Assembly: GCA_024638475.1 (NCBI GenBank)
Contig: JAHEKG010000002.1
Span: 1-60,261 of the forward strand
Reading direction: 5' to 3'
DNA: 60,261 nucleotides
From: Rhodospirillales bacterium
GTDB lineage: Bacteria > Pseudomonadota > Gammaproteobacteria > Steroidobacterales > JAHEKG01
Part shown: positions 9,670 to 18,660 of the stretch, piece after piece
Position numbering within the stretch: the first letter of the stretch is position 1
Layout: each line of letters opens with the position of its first letter
Notes under the pieces: generated by a model
Told to the model about the DNA's origin: nothing
What the model saw: only the letters and a program-made list of their open reading frames with translations
Databases searched by the model: none
Position numbers and translations under genes: made by a program

Positions 9670-9957
9670 CTAGCCCTTATCGCCGCCGCATTTGCCTTCG
9701 CCGCAAGAGCCTTCTTCACCCTTGTCGCCGCCGCATTTGCCTTCGCCGCAGGAGCCTTCTTCGCCCTTGTCGCCGCCGCATTTGCCTTCGCCGCAAGAGC
9801 CTTCTCCACCCTTGTCGCCGAGCTGGTAACCTGACGACAGGTTAGTCAGACCGAACGGGTTCGTTTCCGCATTTGCAGTTGAAACGGCCGCTAAAGAGCC
9901 TGCTAAGGCTGCGCCGACCGCAAACGCTATTGGTTTCATCTTCGTCTGCTCAGACAT
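9670..9957 (-). CDS. secreted Cys-repeat peptide, HvfA / EGKCG-type bufferin-like RiPP metallophore precursor candidate
   Basis: AAGGAG lies 8 nt upstream of the ATG at 9957. The product is MSEQTKMKPIAFAVGAALAGSLAAVSTANA|ETNPFGLTNLSSGYQLGDKG followed by 3 x (GEGSCGEGKCGGDKGE). It has a Sec signal peptide and six Cys, all in xCG contexts. Confidence 0.75.
   Translation of the reverse strand: MSEQTKMKPIAFAVGAALAGSLAAVSTANAETNPFGLTNLSSGYQLGDKGGEGSCGEGKCGGDKGEEGSCGEGKCGGDKGEEGSCGEGKCGGDKG
9674..9820. repeat. three 45-bp in-frame tandem repeats plus a 12-bp partial fourth copy
   Basis: The units are 9674-9718, 9719-9763 and 9764-9808 (cccttRtcgccgccgcatttgccttcgccgcaRgagccttctYcR). They differ at only a few positions and encode the GDKGEEGSCGEGKCG units. 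Confidence 0.95.
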
Positions 9958-10016
9958 TTCTAACTTCTCCTTACTAGTCACGCGCCCTTAACGGGCTCAA
10001 AAACCGGGGTGGACGG

Positions 10017-10721
10017 CTAAATGCTCCATTCCACCGCTCGGGATAAACTCTGCTGAAGAGATTGTAGCGACTCGCCCTCGACGCCCACAATGGCAATGCT
10101 CCCCTGACCATGGGGCATGACGATCCCCTCCAAGTTCTCTTCGACAAACTCAACGGTCATGGGTTTCCCGATCTCCTCGGATGGCAGCAACATAACCATC
10201 ACGGGGCCTTGCTTGCCCTGTACGACGAGGTGCGGTACCCATTTACCGCGAAAAAAACACGAGTGTGCGTAGGTAATCGTCGGCAATTGACTTTCATCCA
10301 GTACTACCTTGCCCGCGATGGCCTTGCGAAGTTTCGGCGAATCGACCGGCTGATCGGTCACTACCCATGAATACGGTTCGTGCTGCCAATGTTCGAGGAC
10401 ATCGCCCTCCATGGTATCTGTCGGGCGGAGTAGCCCTTGGCCCACACCCAGTATCACTGCCGCGACTATCGCCGCCGCCATGCCGACCGGTACCAGGCGC
10501 GGCCAACGTTTTCTCACGGGTGCCGGTTGAGCCGCTTTATCCGCCGTGACGTCGAAGCGCAATGCGCGCGCGATCAATGCCTCCGCCCGGCGCGCCCGCT
10601 GCGCATAGGCCGCGCAGCCACCGCAGGCCGCCTCGTGGGCCTGTAACGCCGGGTTGTCATCAGCGGGATCGCTGAGCAACTCGGCCCGAAATCTTTCGCA
10701 GTCCATTGTCATGTCGCTCAC
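10017..10721 (-). CDS. membrane anti-sigma factor (zinc-binding ZAS-type N-terminus, DUF3379-like)
   Basis: 234 aa. The N-terminal HEAACGGC fits the H-x3-C-x2-C anti-sigma motif. A single TM helix (VGMAAAIVAAVILGVGQGLL) precedes a roughly 130-aa periplasmic domain. The GTG start overlaps the sigma-factor stop (GTGA). Confidence 0.8.
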   Translation of the reverse strand: MSDMTMDCERFRAELLSDPADDNPALQAHEAACGGCAAYAQRARRAEALIARALRFDVTADKAAQPAPVRKRWPRLVPVGMAAAIVAAVILGVGQGLLRPTDTMEGDVLEHWQHEPYSWVVTDQPVDSPKLRKAIAGKVVLDESQLPTITYAHSCFFRGKWVPHLVVQGKQGPVMVMLLPSEEIGKPMTVEFVEENLEGIVMPHGQGSIAIVGVEGESLQSLQQSLSRAVEWSI

Positions 10722-11236
10722 GCCGACACCAAATCGGCGCTCATTTTCTCAATCAGTTTCTTTCTCGCCCGATGCAGGCGCGTCAGCACCGCACCGGGGT
10801 TAATTTCCATGAATTCCGCGATCTCTTTGGTACTGAAACCCAACATCACCTGTAATACCAAGGGCTCGCGATAATCCGTTTCTAATTGCCATATCGCTTC
10901 GCGCATATCGTCAACGTCCGTGTCGTCTCCCGTCGCAATAAGTGCACAATCCGCCGCCGACAAACCATCAATGTCTTGCGTTTCCAGTCGTTTGCGTTCG
11001 TAGTGGCGGGCGTGTTCCCGCCGTACGATCGTGAACAACCATGTTTTCACCGAGCCTTCGTCTCGCAGTCCGTCCACCGAGCGCCAAGCCCGTAACAGCG
11101 CTTCCTGCACGACGTCCTGAGCCAATTCCGGGTCGCGACTCAACCACAATGCGAACCGGTACAAATCGTCCCGCCAGGGGGCGACTAATCGCTCAAATTT
11201 CAGCCGTCCCGCCTGGGCGGCTTCAGTGTCTGGCAT
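10718..11236 (-). CDS. ECF (group 4) RNA polymerase sigma-70 factor
   Basis: Region 2 reads LYRFALWLSRDPELAQDVVQEALLRAW and region 4 reads FSTKEIAEFMEINPGAVLTRLHRARKKL. The ORF track extends to 11275, but the ATG at 11236 (MPDTEAAQ) is more likely. Confidence 0.9.
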   Translation of the reverse strand: MPDTEAAQAGRLKFERLVAPWRDDLYRFALWLSRDPELAQDVVQEALLRAWRSVDGLRDEGSVKTWLFTIVRREHARHYERKRLETQDIDGLSAADCALIATGDDTDVDDMREAIWQLETDYREPLVLQVMLGFSTKEIAEFMEINPGAVLTRLHRARKKLIEKMSADLVSA

Positions 11237-11359
11237 GGATGGTGACCGGGGGTGGGAGTGGTTTATTACACGCAACGGCGGAAGACCGTGGAAAAGGTAC
11301 CGGATTCAATGGAAAATCCAAGTCTTGACGCCCCTGCCTGGGGATAACGAGGGACAACC

Positions 11360-12202
11360 ATGGTACAACGAGGCGAGGGAGAAGCCCGCTACGGGATTGT
11401 CGGCCACCCAGTGGACCACAGCCGCTCCCCTACGATTCATAGGCTTTTTGCCCGGCAGGCCGGTGTGGAAATCTCTTACGAACTCATCGACGCGCCTCCC
11501 GAGAGCCTCGAAACGGCGATCCGGGGCTTTGCCGCGGCCGGCGGCAAGGGCCTCAATATCACCGTGCCTCACAAGGAAGCCGCGCTGGATTTGTGCGATA
11601 CCGTGGGCGAGGCCGCCAAACTCGCCGGTGCCGCCAATACGCTGTCTCTACGGGAGGGCGGCACGATCCGCGGTGACAACACCGACGGCATCGGCCTAAT
11701 CCGCGACCTGCAGGAAAATCGGGGGCTGACGGTTGCAGGCGCCCGCATCTTGGTCCTCGGCGCCGGCGGCGCCGCCAGGGGGATCATCGGGCCGCTGCTG
11801 GCAGAAAACCCCGCGGAATTACGCTTGGCGAACCGCAGCCGGGAGCGCGCCGACACACTCGCCGCAAAGTGGGATTCGGTTGTGGCCTGCACGTTCGCGG
11901 AACTCGCCGACGAGGCGCCGTTCGATCTCGTCTTCAATGCCACTTCGGCGGGACTGAAGGGCGAAGCACCGCCCTTTCCAACCAACGTAGTGGGCTCGAA
12001 TTCGACGGCCTACGATTTGGTCTATAGCCTCAAAGATACGCCGTTCGTAACCTGGGCCAAAGCCGCGGGCTCGCGGCGCGCCGTACAGGGATGGGGAATG
12101 CTAGTCGAACAGGCCGCCGAGTCCTTCGAAATTTGGCACGGCAACCGGCCGAACACCCGCGCGATATTGACGCAGCTATTGGGCCCGCGGTGGAACCGCT
12201 AA
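11360..12202 (+). CDS. aroE: shikimate dehydrogenase
   Basis: Motifs [36 protein letters not shown] and [10 protein letters not shown]. Confidence 0.9.
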   Translation: MVQRGEGEARYGIVGHPVDHSRSPTIHRLFARQAGVEISYELIDAPPESLETAIRGFAAAGGKGLNITVPHKEAALDLCDTVGEAAKLAGAANTLSLREGGTIRGDNTDGIGLIRDLQENRGLTVAGARILVLGAGGAARGIIGPLLAENPAELRLANRSRERADTLAAKWDSVVACTFAELADEAPFDLVFNATSAGLKGEAPPFPTNVVGSNSTAYDLVYSLKDTPFVTWAKAAGSRRAVQGWGMLVEQAAESFEIWHGNRPNTRAILTQLLGPRWNR

Positions 12203-13545
12203 CGCATGGTGACCAGCTCTTCCGCGCTGGTGGGATGAATCGCGACGGTATCGTCGAAGTCCTTTTTTGTCGCTCCCATGCGGATGGCGACCGCAAACCC
12301 CTGTAACATCTCATCGCTGCCATCGCCAATGAGGTGGCATCCGACGACGCGCTCCTCGCTTCCCGCAGTAACCAGTTTCATGTGGGTTGTGCTCTTGGTC
12401 TCTCCGAGGGCGTAGTACATGGAGACAAAGCTCGATTCATAGATCTTGACGGCATCGCCGTATTGTTGCCTGGCCGCTGCTTCCGTCAACCCCACCGTGC
12501 CCGTAGGTGGGTGGGTAAAAATCACGGTCGGAATCCACTCGTAGGCCAGCCGCCGGTCGCTCTGATCGTCGAATACCCGATCCGCCAAGCGACGTCCCGC
12601 CGCGATGGCCACCGGCGTCAGCGCATCGCGACCGGTCACATCCCCAATCGCGTACACGCCTTCGACATTCGTGTTCTGCCAAAGATCCGTCGGCACAAAC
12701 CCGCGGTCATCCATTGCTATGCCCGCTTGCTCCAGACCCAGGCCGCGGCTATTCGGGGACCGCCCGATGGCCCACAACAAGCAATCGAAGCCGGCGTGCC
12801 GGCGGCCATCGGCGGTGGCTACCGTGAGCCCATCCTCTTCCTGCGTCACCGCATTGGGGACCGCGTGGGTAATCGCCTGGACGCCCTGATACTCGAGCGC
12901 CGCCATTACCTGCTTCGACAACATGTCGTCGAACGAGCGCAGGGGTCGTTCGTAGCGCATCATCAAACTGACCTCGGCGCCGAGCCCGCGCAACACGCCG
13001 GCCAATTCGACGGCGACATAGCCGCTACCAACCACGAGCACCCGATCAGGCCGCTCCGCCAGTTCGAAAAAGCCGTCGGAGGTGATGCCAAGCTCCGCAC
13101 CCGGCAGGGCGGGAAGGGTGGGTTGCCCACCGGTAGCAACGATAATGTGCGGCGCCGTAAACGCTTCGCCGCCCGCAACCAGCTGCCTTGGCGCGGAAAA
13201 TGTCGCGGCCGCCTCGACCCAGGTAATGTCTTTGTTGTTCAGGTTGCGCTCGTAAATTGCGTTCAACCTGGCGACATAGGCATCGCGGCGCTGCTTCAAG
13301 GCTGGCCAATCATGACCCTTTCGGTCCACCCGGAACCCGTAGTCAGCGGCCAGCTCTAGGTCATGGGCCAGATCCGCCGCATACCACATGACCTTCTTGG
13401 GGACGCAGCCGACGTTGACACAGGTTCCTCCCAACCGATTGGGTTCGAAAACGGCTACCTTCGCCCCATATTCCGCCGCCCGTTGGGCCGCCGCGAGGCC
13501 GCCGCTACCGCCGCCGATGACCAATAAATCGTATTGCCTCGCCAT
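12199..13545 (-). CDS. gor: glutathione-disulfide reductase
   Basis: 448 aa. [12 protein letters not shown] is the FAD motif, [13 protein letters not shown] is the redox-active disulfide, and [12 protein letters not shown] is the C-terminal His-Glu motif. Confidence 0.92.
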   Translation of the reverse strand: MARQYDLLVIGGGSGGLAAAQRAAEYGAKVAVFEPNRLGGTCVNVGCVPKKVMWYAADLAHDLELAADYGFRVDRKGHDWPALKQRRDAYVARLNAIYERNLNNKDITWVEAAATFSAPRQLVAGGEAFTAPHIIVATGGQPTLPALPGAELGITSDGFFELAERPDRVLVVGSGYVAVELAGVLRGLGAEVSLMMRYERPLRSFDDMLSKQVMAALEYQGVQAITHAVPNAVTQEEDGLTVATADGRRHAGFDCLLWAIGRSPNSRGLGLEQAGIAMDDRGFVPTDLWQNTNVEGVYAIGDVTGRDALTPVAIAAGRRLADRVFDDQSDRRLAYEWIPTVIFTHPPTGTVGLTEAAARQQYGDAVKIYESSFVSMYYALGETKSTTHMKLVTAGSEERVVGCHLIGDGSDEMLQGFAVAIRMGATKKDFDDTVAIHPTSAEELVTMR

Positions 13546-13618
13546 ACATGCTTCCTAAACGTTTCGAATCGCGAGCTTACCCCATCGAAGTGATTTGCTC
13601 ATGCTAAGCTTGCGCGCC

Positions 13619-15646
13619 ATGAGCGCCGACACATCGACCAATCCACTGTTGGTTCGCAATGCCCTACCGAAATTTGACGCCATAAACCCGCAGCATGTCG
13701 GGCCCGCCGTGGCGAGCGTACTGGCTGCGGCCGAACAGCGCGTCGCGCAGTTGAGACAACAGCAGCAGGTCGACTTCGATTGGGCACTGCAACTGGAAGA
13801 CGTTCGCCAAAGTATCAGCCAAGTGTTTTCCCCCATCGCCCACATGAGTCGTGTCGTCAGTTCTTCAGCGATGCGCGACGCCTATAACGACTGCCTGCCC
13901 AAGGTCACGGAGTTCATGACCCGTCTCGGCCAAGACCCCGAGTTACTGCGCGGCTATGAGGATCTGGCTACGCAGCCGACGGTGGCCGAAGATAGTACAA
14001 GAGCGGAATTGGTGCGGCATGCGTTGCGCGATCTCCGCCTTGCCGGTATCGGCCTGCCCGCGGCCGAACAAAACGAGTTCCGCGACATCATGCAAACACT
14101 AGCTAAGAAAGAGGCGGCTTTTGAACAAAACTTGATGGACGCGACGGATGCTTTCAGTTGGCACTGCGAACGCGTCGAAGAACTCGAAGGGCTACCCGAA
14201 TCCCTGATTGCCGCAGCCGCGGAAAATGCGCGCGAGCAAGGCACCACGGGCTATCACCTGAAACTCGACCCACCGACCTACATGGCGGTGATGAGTCACG
14301 CCGCCACGGAAAAGCTCCGTGAAATCTTTTACGCGGCCTGGGTCACTCGAGCCTCCGATCAGGGCCCGCAAGCGGGCCAATGGGACAATACCGTTCTCAT
14401 GGAGGAGATTCTGGCGTTGCGTTACCGCGCCGCGCGATTGCTGGGTTTCGATAACTACGCGGAACTTTCTCTGGCGACCAAGATGGCCCAATCCAGCAAT
14501 GCAGTACTCGAGTTTTTGGAACAGCTGGCCGATCGCAGCCATGCCATAGCCCAGCGGGAATTCGCGGAATTGGAACAATTCGCGGGCCGCAAGCTCGCCG
14601 CCTGGGATGTCGCTTACTACGCCGAACAAATGCGCCAGCAAACATTGGGGGTAGACGAAGAAGCGTTGCGGCCTTACTTCCCCCTGGAGAAAGTGTTTAG
14701 CGGATTGTTCCGGGTCGCGCAAAACTTGTTCGGGATTCGTTTCGAGCAGCGTACGGATGTGGCGGGCTGGCATCGGGATGTGCGCTACTATGATCTGACA
14801 GACGCCGACGGCAACGCTTTTGGCGGAATGTACTTAGACCTCTACGCCCGCGCTAACAAACGCGGTGGCGCCTGGATGGACGAATGCCTGATCCGCCAGG
14901 ATATTGGGGGCGAGACCATCCAACCCGTGGCACATCTGGTCTGTAACTTCGCGGCGCCCAGTGGGTCCGCGCCGGCATTGCTCACGCACCGTGATGTGGT
15001 GACGCTGTTCCATGAGTTCGGTCACACGCTACATCACTTGCTGACCGAGGTGGATTATCCCTCGCTGTCCGGCATAAACGGGGTGCCATGGGACGCGGTG
15101 GAACTCCCCAGCCAGTTCTTCGAGAACTTCGCCTGGCTACCCGCCGTGTTGAGCTGGTTGTCGGAGCACTACCAGACGGGCGAGTCGCTGCCGTCCACCG
15201 TACTGGAAAACCTTCGCGCCTCGCGCAACTTTCACGCCGGTCTGCAGATGGTCAGGCAGCTGGAATTGGCGCTGTTCGATTTCAAGCTGCATGCCGATTA
15301 CGATCCTGCGGTGGGTGCGCGTATTTACGCAATACTCGAAGCGGTGCGCGCCTCCGTCGGTGTCGTACCCGCGCCCGCTTACAATCGATTCGCCAATAGC
15401 TTTGGGCACGTGTTCGGCGGCGGTTACGCCGCCGGATATTACAGCTACAAATGGGCGGAAGTCTTGGCCGCCGACACATTTAGTGCCTTCGAGAAGGCCG
15501 GACCATTCGATGCCAATACGGCCCGCCGCTTTCGTGAGGCAATCCTCGCCAAAGGCGGCAGTCGTGACATCTTGGAGGGCTTCGTCGAGTTCATGGGCCG
15601 CGCACCCGCGCTGGACGCATTGTTGAGCCAACAGGGAATGGCATAA
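13619..15646 (+). CDS. prlC: oligopeptidase A (M3 family)
   Basis: The zinc site is HEFGHTLHH. The length and the MSADTSTNPLL...LPKFDAI N-terminus fit OpdA/PrlC. The ORF track starts 24 nt earlier, at 13595. Confidence 0.92.
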   Translation: MSADTSTNPLLVRNALPKFDAINPQHVGPAVASVLAAAEQRVAQLRQQQQVDFDWALQLEDVRQSISQVFSPIAHMSRVVSSSAMRDAYNDCLPKVTEFMTRLGQDPELLRGYEDLATQPTVAEDSTRAELVRHALRDLRLAGIGLPAAEQNEFRDIMQTLAKKEAAFEQNLMDATDAFSWHCERVEELEGLPESLIAAAAENAREQGTTGYHLKLDPPTYMAVMSHAATEKLREIFYAAWVTRASDQGPQAGQWDNTVLMEEILALRYRAARLLGFDNYAELSLATKMAQSSNAVLEFLEQLADRSHAIAQREFAELEQFAGRKLAAWDVAYYAEQMRQQTLGVDEEALRPYFPLEKVFSGLFRVAQNLFGIRFEQRTDVAGWHRDVRYYDLTDADGNAFGGMYLDLYARANKRGGAWMDECLIRQDIGGETIQPVAHLVCNFAAPSGSAPALLTHRDVVTLFHEFGHTLHHLLTEVDYPSLSGINGVPWDAVELPSQFFENFAWLPAVLSWLSEHYQTGESLPSTVLENLRASRNFHAGLQMVRQLELALFDFKLHADYDPAVGARIYAILEAVRASVGVVPAPAYNRFANSFGHVFGGGYAAGYYSYKWAEVLAADTFSAFEKAGPFDANTARRFREAILAKGGSRDILEGFVEFMGRAPALDALLSQQGMA

Positions 15647-15647
15647 T

Positions 15648-16412
15648 TTGAAAATTGCTTCTTGGAATGTGAACAGCCTGCGGGTACGACTCGAACAAGT
15701 CACCCAATGGCTCGAGACCGCTCAACCCGATGTGTTGGCGTTGCAAGAAACCAAATTGGCGGACGACGCGTTTCCGGCCGATGTATTCCACGAGAAAGGC
15801 TACGAGGTTCTATTCAGCGGTCAAAAAACCTACAACGGCGTCGCCGTGATCAGCCGTCTTCCAGGCGACGACGTCATCCGGGAGTTGGCGGGCTTTCAGG
15901 ACGATGCGCGCCGTGTGCTAGGCGCTACCTTCGGTGACATCCGCTTACTCAACCTTTACGTACCCAATGGCCAACGCGTTGGCTCGGATAAATACGCCTA
16001 TAAGCTCCGTTGGTTCCAAGCCCTCCGCACACAGGTGGCCGAAGAATTAAGCCGCCACGAAAACGTCGTGTTGGTAGGCGACTTTAACGTCGCGCCGGAC
16101 GATCGTGATGTGTATGACCCCGCCGCCTGGGAGGGCCAGGTCCTCGTGAGTGAACCCGAACGCGAAGCGCTGCGGCATTTGTTGGATGAGGGCCTGGTGG
16201 ACACGTTTCGCCTTTTCGATCAGCCAGCCGAGACCTTCAGCTGGTGGGACTACCGCCTCGCGGGGTTCAGGCGCAATCGGGGGCTGCGCATCGATTTAAT
16301 CCTTGCCTCGGAAGCCCTCGCCGAGTGTTGCCAAGGCTCGACGATCGATCCGCGGCCGCGGGCGCTGGAGCGGCCCTCGGACCATGCTCCGGTGCTGGCG
16401 ACGTTTCAATAA
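15648..16412 (+). CDS. xthA: exodeoxyribonuclease III
   Basis: A TTG start gives MKIASWNVNSLRVR; other motifs are LALQETK, GDFNVAPDDRD and SDHAPV. The gene starts 1 nt after the prlC stop. Confidence 0.92.
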   Translation: MKIASWNVNSLRVRLEQVTQWLETAQPDVLALQETKLADDAFPADVFHEKGYEVLFSGQKTYNGVAVISRLPGDDVIRELAGFQDDARRVLGATFGDIRLLNLYVPNGQRVGSDKYAYKLRWFQALRTQVAEELSRHENVVLVGDFNVAPDDRDVYDPAAWEGQVLVSEPEREALRHLLDEGLVDTFRLFDQPAETFSWWDYRLAGFRRNRGLRIDLILASEALAECCQGSTIDPRPRALERPSDHAPVLATFQ

Positions 16413-16489
16413 ATTGTTATGTTACACGGAGTTAGGGGAAGCGCCGCAGGTAGAGTACAATCCCCGTCAATACACCTGCAGGGGGCCTC

Positions 16490-17554
16490 ATGCCCGCCAA
16501 CGACGCCATTCAAGAACGTCGCAGCGAATATGACGTAACCAACACGGTCGACGTGAGTAACCCGTCGGCGGTGCGTAACGCGGTAATGGATCTGTTCAGC
16601 GACCTTTATCCCCACGCCGCCTTCGACTCGCTGTGGTTAGCGTTCCATGATTTCGAGCGCCTGTTCATGGGAGCCGACCCGGAGTATCACGGCGTCGACA
16701 CGGCCTACCATGATATTCAACATTCCCTGGACATGACGCTGGCGATGGCGCGTTTGATCGTGGGTCACGATCGCGGAGTCGAACCCAAGGATCGATTGGG
16801 GGCGGAACGGGCGACGTTAGGCTTGGTCACCTCACTGTTTCACGACGCCGGCTATCTGCGCCATCGGGAGAAAGATCGAGACCAGCGAAACGGGGCATAC
16901 TTCACGCTACGGCATGTCAGCCGAAGTTCCCGTTTTCTGGGCGACTATTTGTCCCGGGTGGGGCTCGAGTCTTGGAGCGACGTCGCCCAGCAGATCGTCC
17001 ACTTCACGGGCTACGAAATCGACTTGGAACGATTAGAACTCGACGATCCCCGCGATAGCGCCGTCGGACACCTGCTCGGCACCGCCGACCTCATGGCCCA
17101 GATGGCCGATCGTTGCTATCTCGAGAAGTGCCGGGATCGGCTGTTCCCGGAGTTCGTACTCGGCGGTATCGCCATCGAGGACCACGCCGGCGAAACTTTG
17201 GTACGTTACCGCTCGGGTAAAGATTTACTCATCAAGACGTTAGATTTTTATCAAAATTCGGCACGCTATCGATTGGAAAAGACCTTCGGGCGAGCGTACC
17301 GATATATTGAAGTACTGTATCGCGGCGACAATCCCTATGTCACTTTCATACAGAAAAACATGAGCTACCTTAGCAAGCTGGTTGCCGGCAACGATTGGGA
17401 CCGGCTGCGCCGTAGGCCGGCGTGTTTTACCGCCGAGCCGGATGCCGAAACCCGCATCGTTCGGCTAGCTGTGCAGCACCTGAAGCAATTGGCCCGCCAA
17501 AACAAAATCCGCTTGCGCGGCGCGCCGCAGGCGCCCGTGCCCGCAACCACCTGA
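16490..17554 (+). CDS. HD-domain-like hypothetical protein
   Basis: 354 aa. The AYHDIQHSLDMT ... SLFHDAGYL pattern resembles an HD metal-dependent phosphohydrolase core. I recognise no closer family. Confidence 0.55.
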   Translation: MPANDAIQERRSEYDVTNTVDVSNPSAVRNAVMDLFSDLYPHAAFDSLWLAFHDFERLFMGADPEYHGVDTAYHDIQHSLDMTLAMARLIVGHDRGVEPKDRLGAERATLGLVTSLFHDAGYLRHREKDRDQRNGAYFTLRHVSRSSRFLGDYLSRVGLESWSDVAQQIVHFTGYEIDLERLELDDPRDSAVGHLLGTADLMAQMADRCYLEKCRDRLFPEFVLGGIAIEDHAGETLVRYRSGKDLLIKTLDFYQNSARYRLEKTFGRAYRYIEVLYRGDNPYVTFIQKNMSYLSKLVAGNDWDRLRRRPACFTAEPDAETRIVRLAVQHLKQLARQNKIRLRGAPQAPVPATT

Positions 17555-17637
17555 CGCACCGGGGCGCGGTATAACCCGCCCCAGCCCTTGCCCAACCACG
17601 GCGCTCGGCCGAAAATGGGCCCTTCCCTAGTCAAGCG

Positions 17638-18537
17638 GTGAACACAGCCATGGCGCGCCCACACATCGAACCCTTTGTCGATTCCACCGTTGCCTTCAAG
17701 AAATTCCGCATGCCCGGCTTTCCGAGGGGCATGCAATACAAAATGTTGAGTATGGATACGGACACCGGCGCCAGCTCCATGACCATCCAGCTGGATCCAG
17801 GCTACAAGCAGCCGCCCGGGTTGAGTTATACCGACCACGAAATCTTAATCATGTCTGGCAGCATCCGCCTGGGCGGCGAAGTCCGCGGTCCCGGAACGTA
17901 TCTGTATGTGCCTGCTGGCGTTTCGCTACCGGCATTGGAAAGCCCGCGTGGCTGCAAAGCCCTGTACATGTACAACTGGGCGGAACCGAGTTTCGAGGAA
18001 TCCGACGAAGATCATTCGCTCGGCCAGCGGGACCGGCTGCATATCTTCAACAGTTATGAGGATATTTATTGGGGAACGGGCAACAAATATCCGGCCGTCG
18101 CCCCAGGATGTCTGGTTAAGATACTGCACATGGATGCGATGTCCGGTGCTTACACGTTCTTGTATTGCATGACGCCTAAATTCCACCAAGACAACATTTC
18201 CTACCATGACTGCACGGAGGAGGCGTATCATATTTTCGGCACGTCCTGGATGATGCAGTTCGGTGATTTGCCGACCGGTGGCTATTTCTATCGCCCCCCT
18301 TATATCAATCATGGCGCCTTTGCTAGCGAGCGCGGCATTCTCGCCCTTGGCCGAACCGGGGGTGAGTTATTCAACTATTTCCACTTCAATCCATGGACGA
18401 ACCCGACGGAGAACCATGAACGGGCGGCGGCGGTATTGGATCGACGTAAGCCCCACCTTTACGAATGGGTCCGCAGCCACGACGGTCACAATCACCCAAC
18501 GGACTTCGAACACCCGCATCACCATCACGATGACTAG
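17638..18537 (+). CDS. cupin-fold (bicupin-like) protein with a His-rich C-terminal tail
   Basis: 299 aa. A beta-rich pattern recurs (HEILIMSGSIRLGGEV...YLYVPAGV, and a second half with YHIFGTSWMMQFG). The tail is HDGHNHPTDFEHPHHHHDD. The family assignment is tentative. Confidence 0.5.
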   Translation: MNTAMARPHIEPFVDSTVAFKKFRMPGFPRGMQYKMLSMDTDTGASSMTIQLDPGYKQPPGLSYTDHEILIMSGSIRLGGEVRGPGTYLYVPAGVSLPALESPRGCKALYMYNWAEPSFEESDEDHSLGQRDRLHIFNSYEDIYWGTGNKYPAVAPGCLVKILHMDAMSGAYTFLYCMTPKFHQDNISYHDCTEEAYHIFGTSWMMQFGDLPTGGYFYRPPYINHGAFASERGILALGRTGGELFNYFHFNPWTNPTENHERAAAVLDRRKPHLYEWVRSHDGHNHPTDFEHPHHHHDD

Positions 18538-18660
18538 CGCAACGGCCGGGGGGGCGTTGGCCGCTCGCCGGGTAAAGACGGTGAGTACTGGTTCGGGACG
18601 TTCCGCGGCGATCGCATTGTGCGCGGACCGAATCGTTAACGCGTAGGCATTAGCGGCAGG

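Noticed and set aside
9674-9820. Possible CRISPR array, because of the regular 45-bp repeats.
   Set aside because: The repeats are contiguous with no spacers, are in frame within a coding sequence, and no cas genes are present.
9564-9845. Plus-strand ORFs (93 and 88 aa) with repeated RRRICLRRKSLL / AAAFAFAA units.
   Set aside because: They are the mirror frames of the 45-bp repeats. The minus-strand reading has a Shine-Dalgarno sequence, a signal peptide and a downstream terminator, so it is the real gene.
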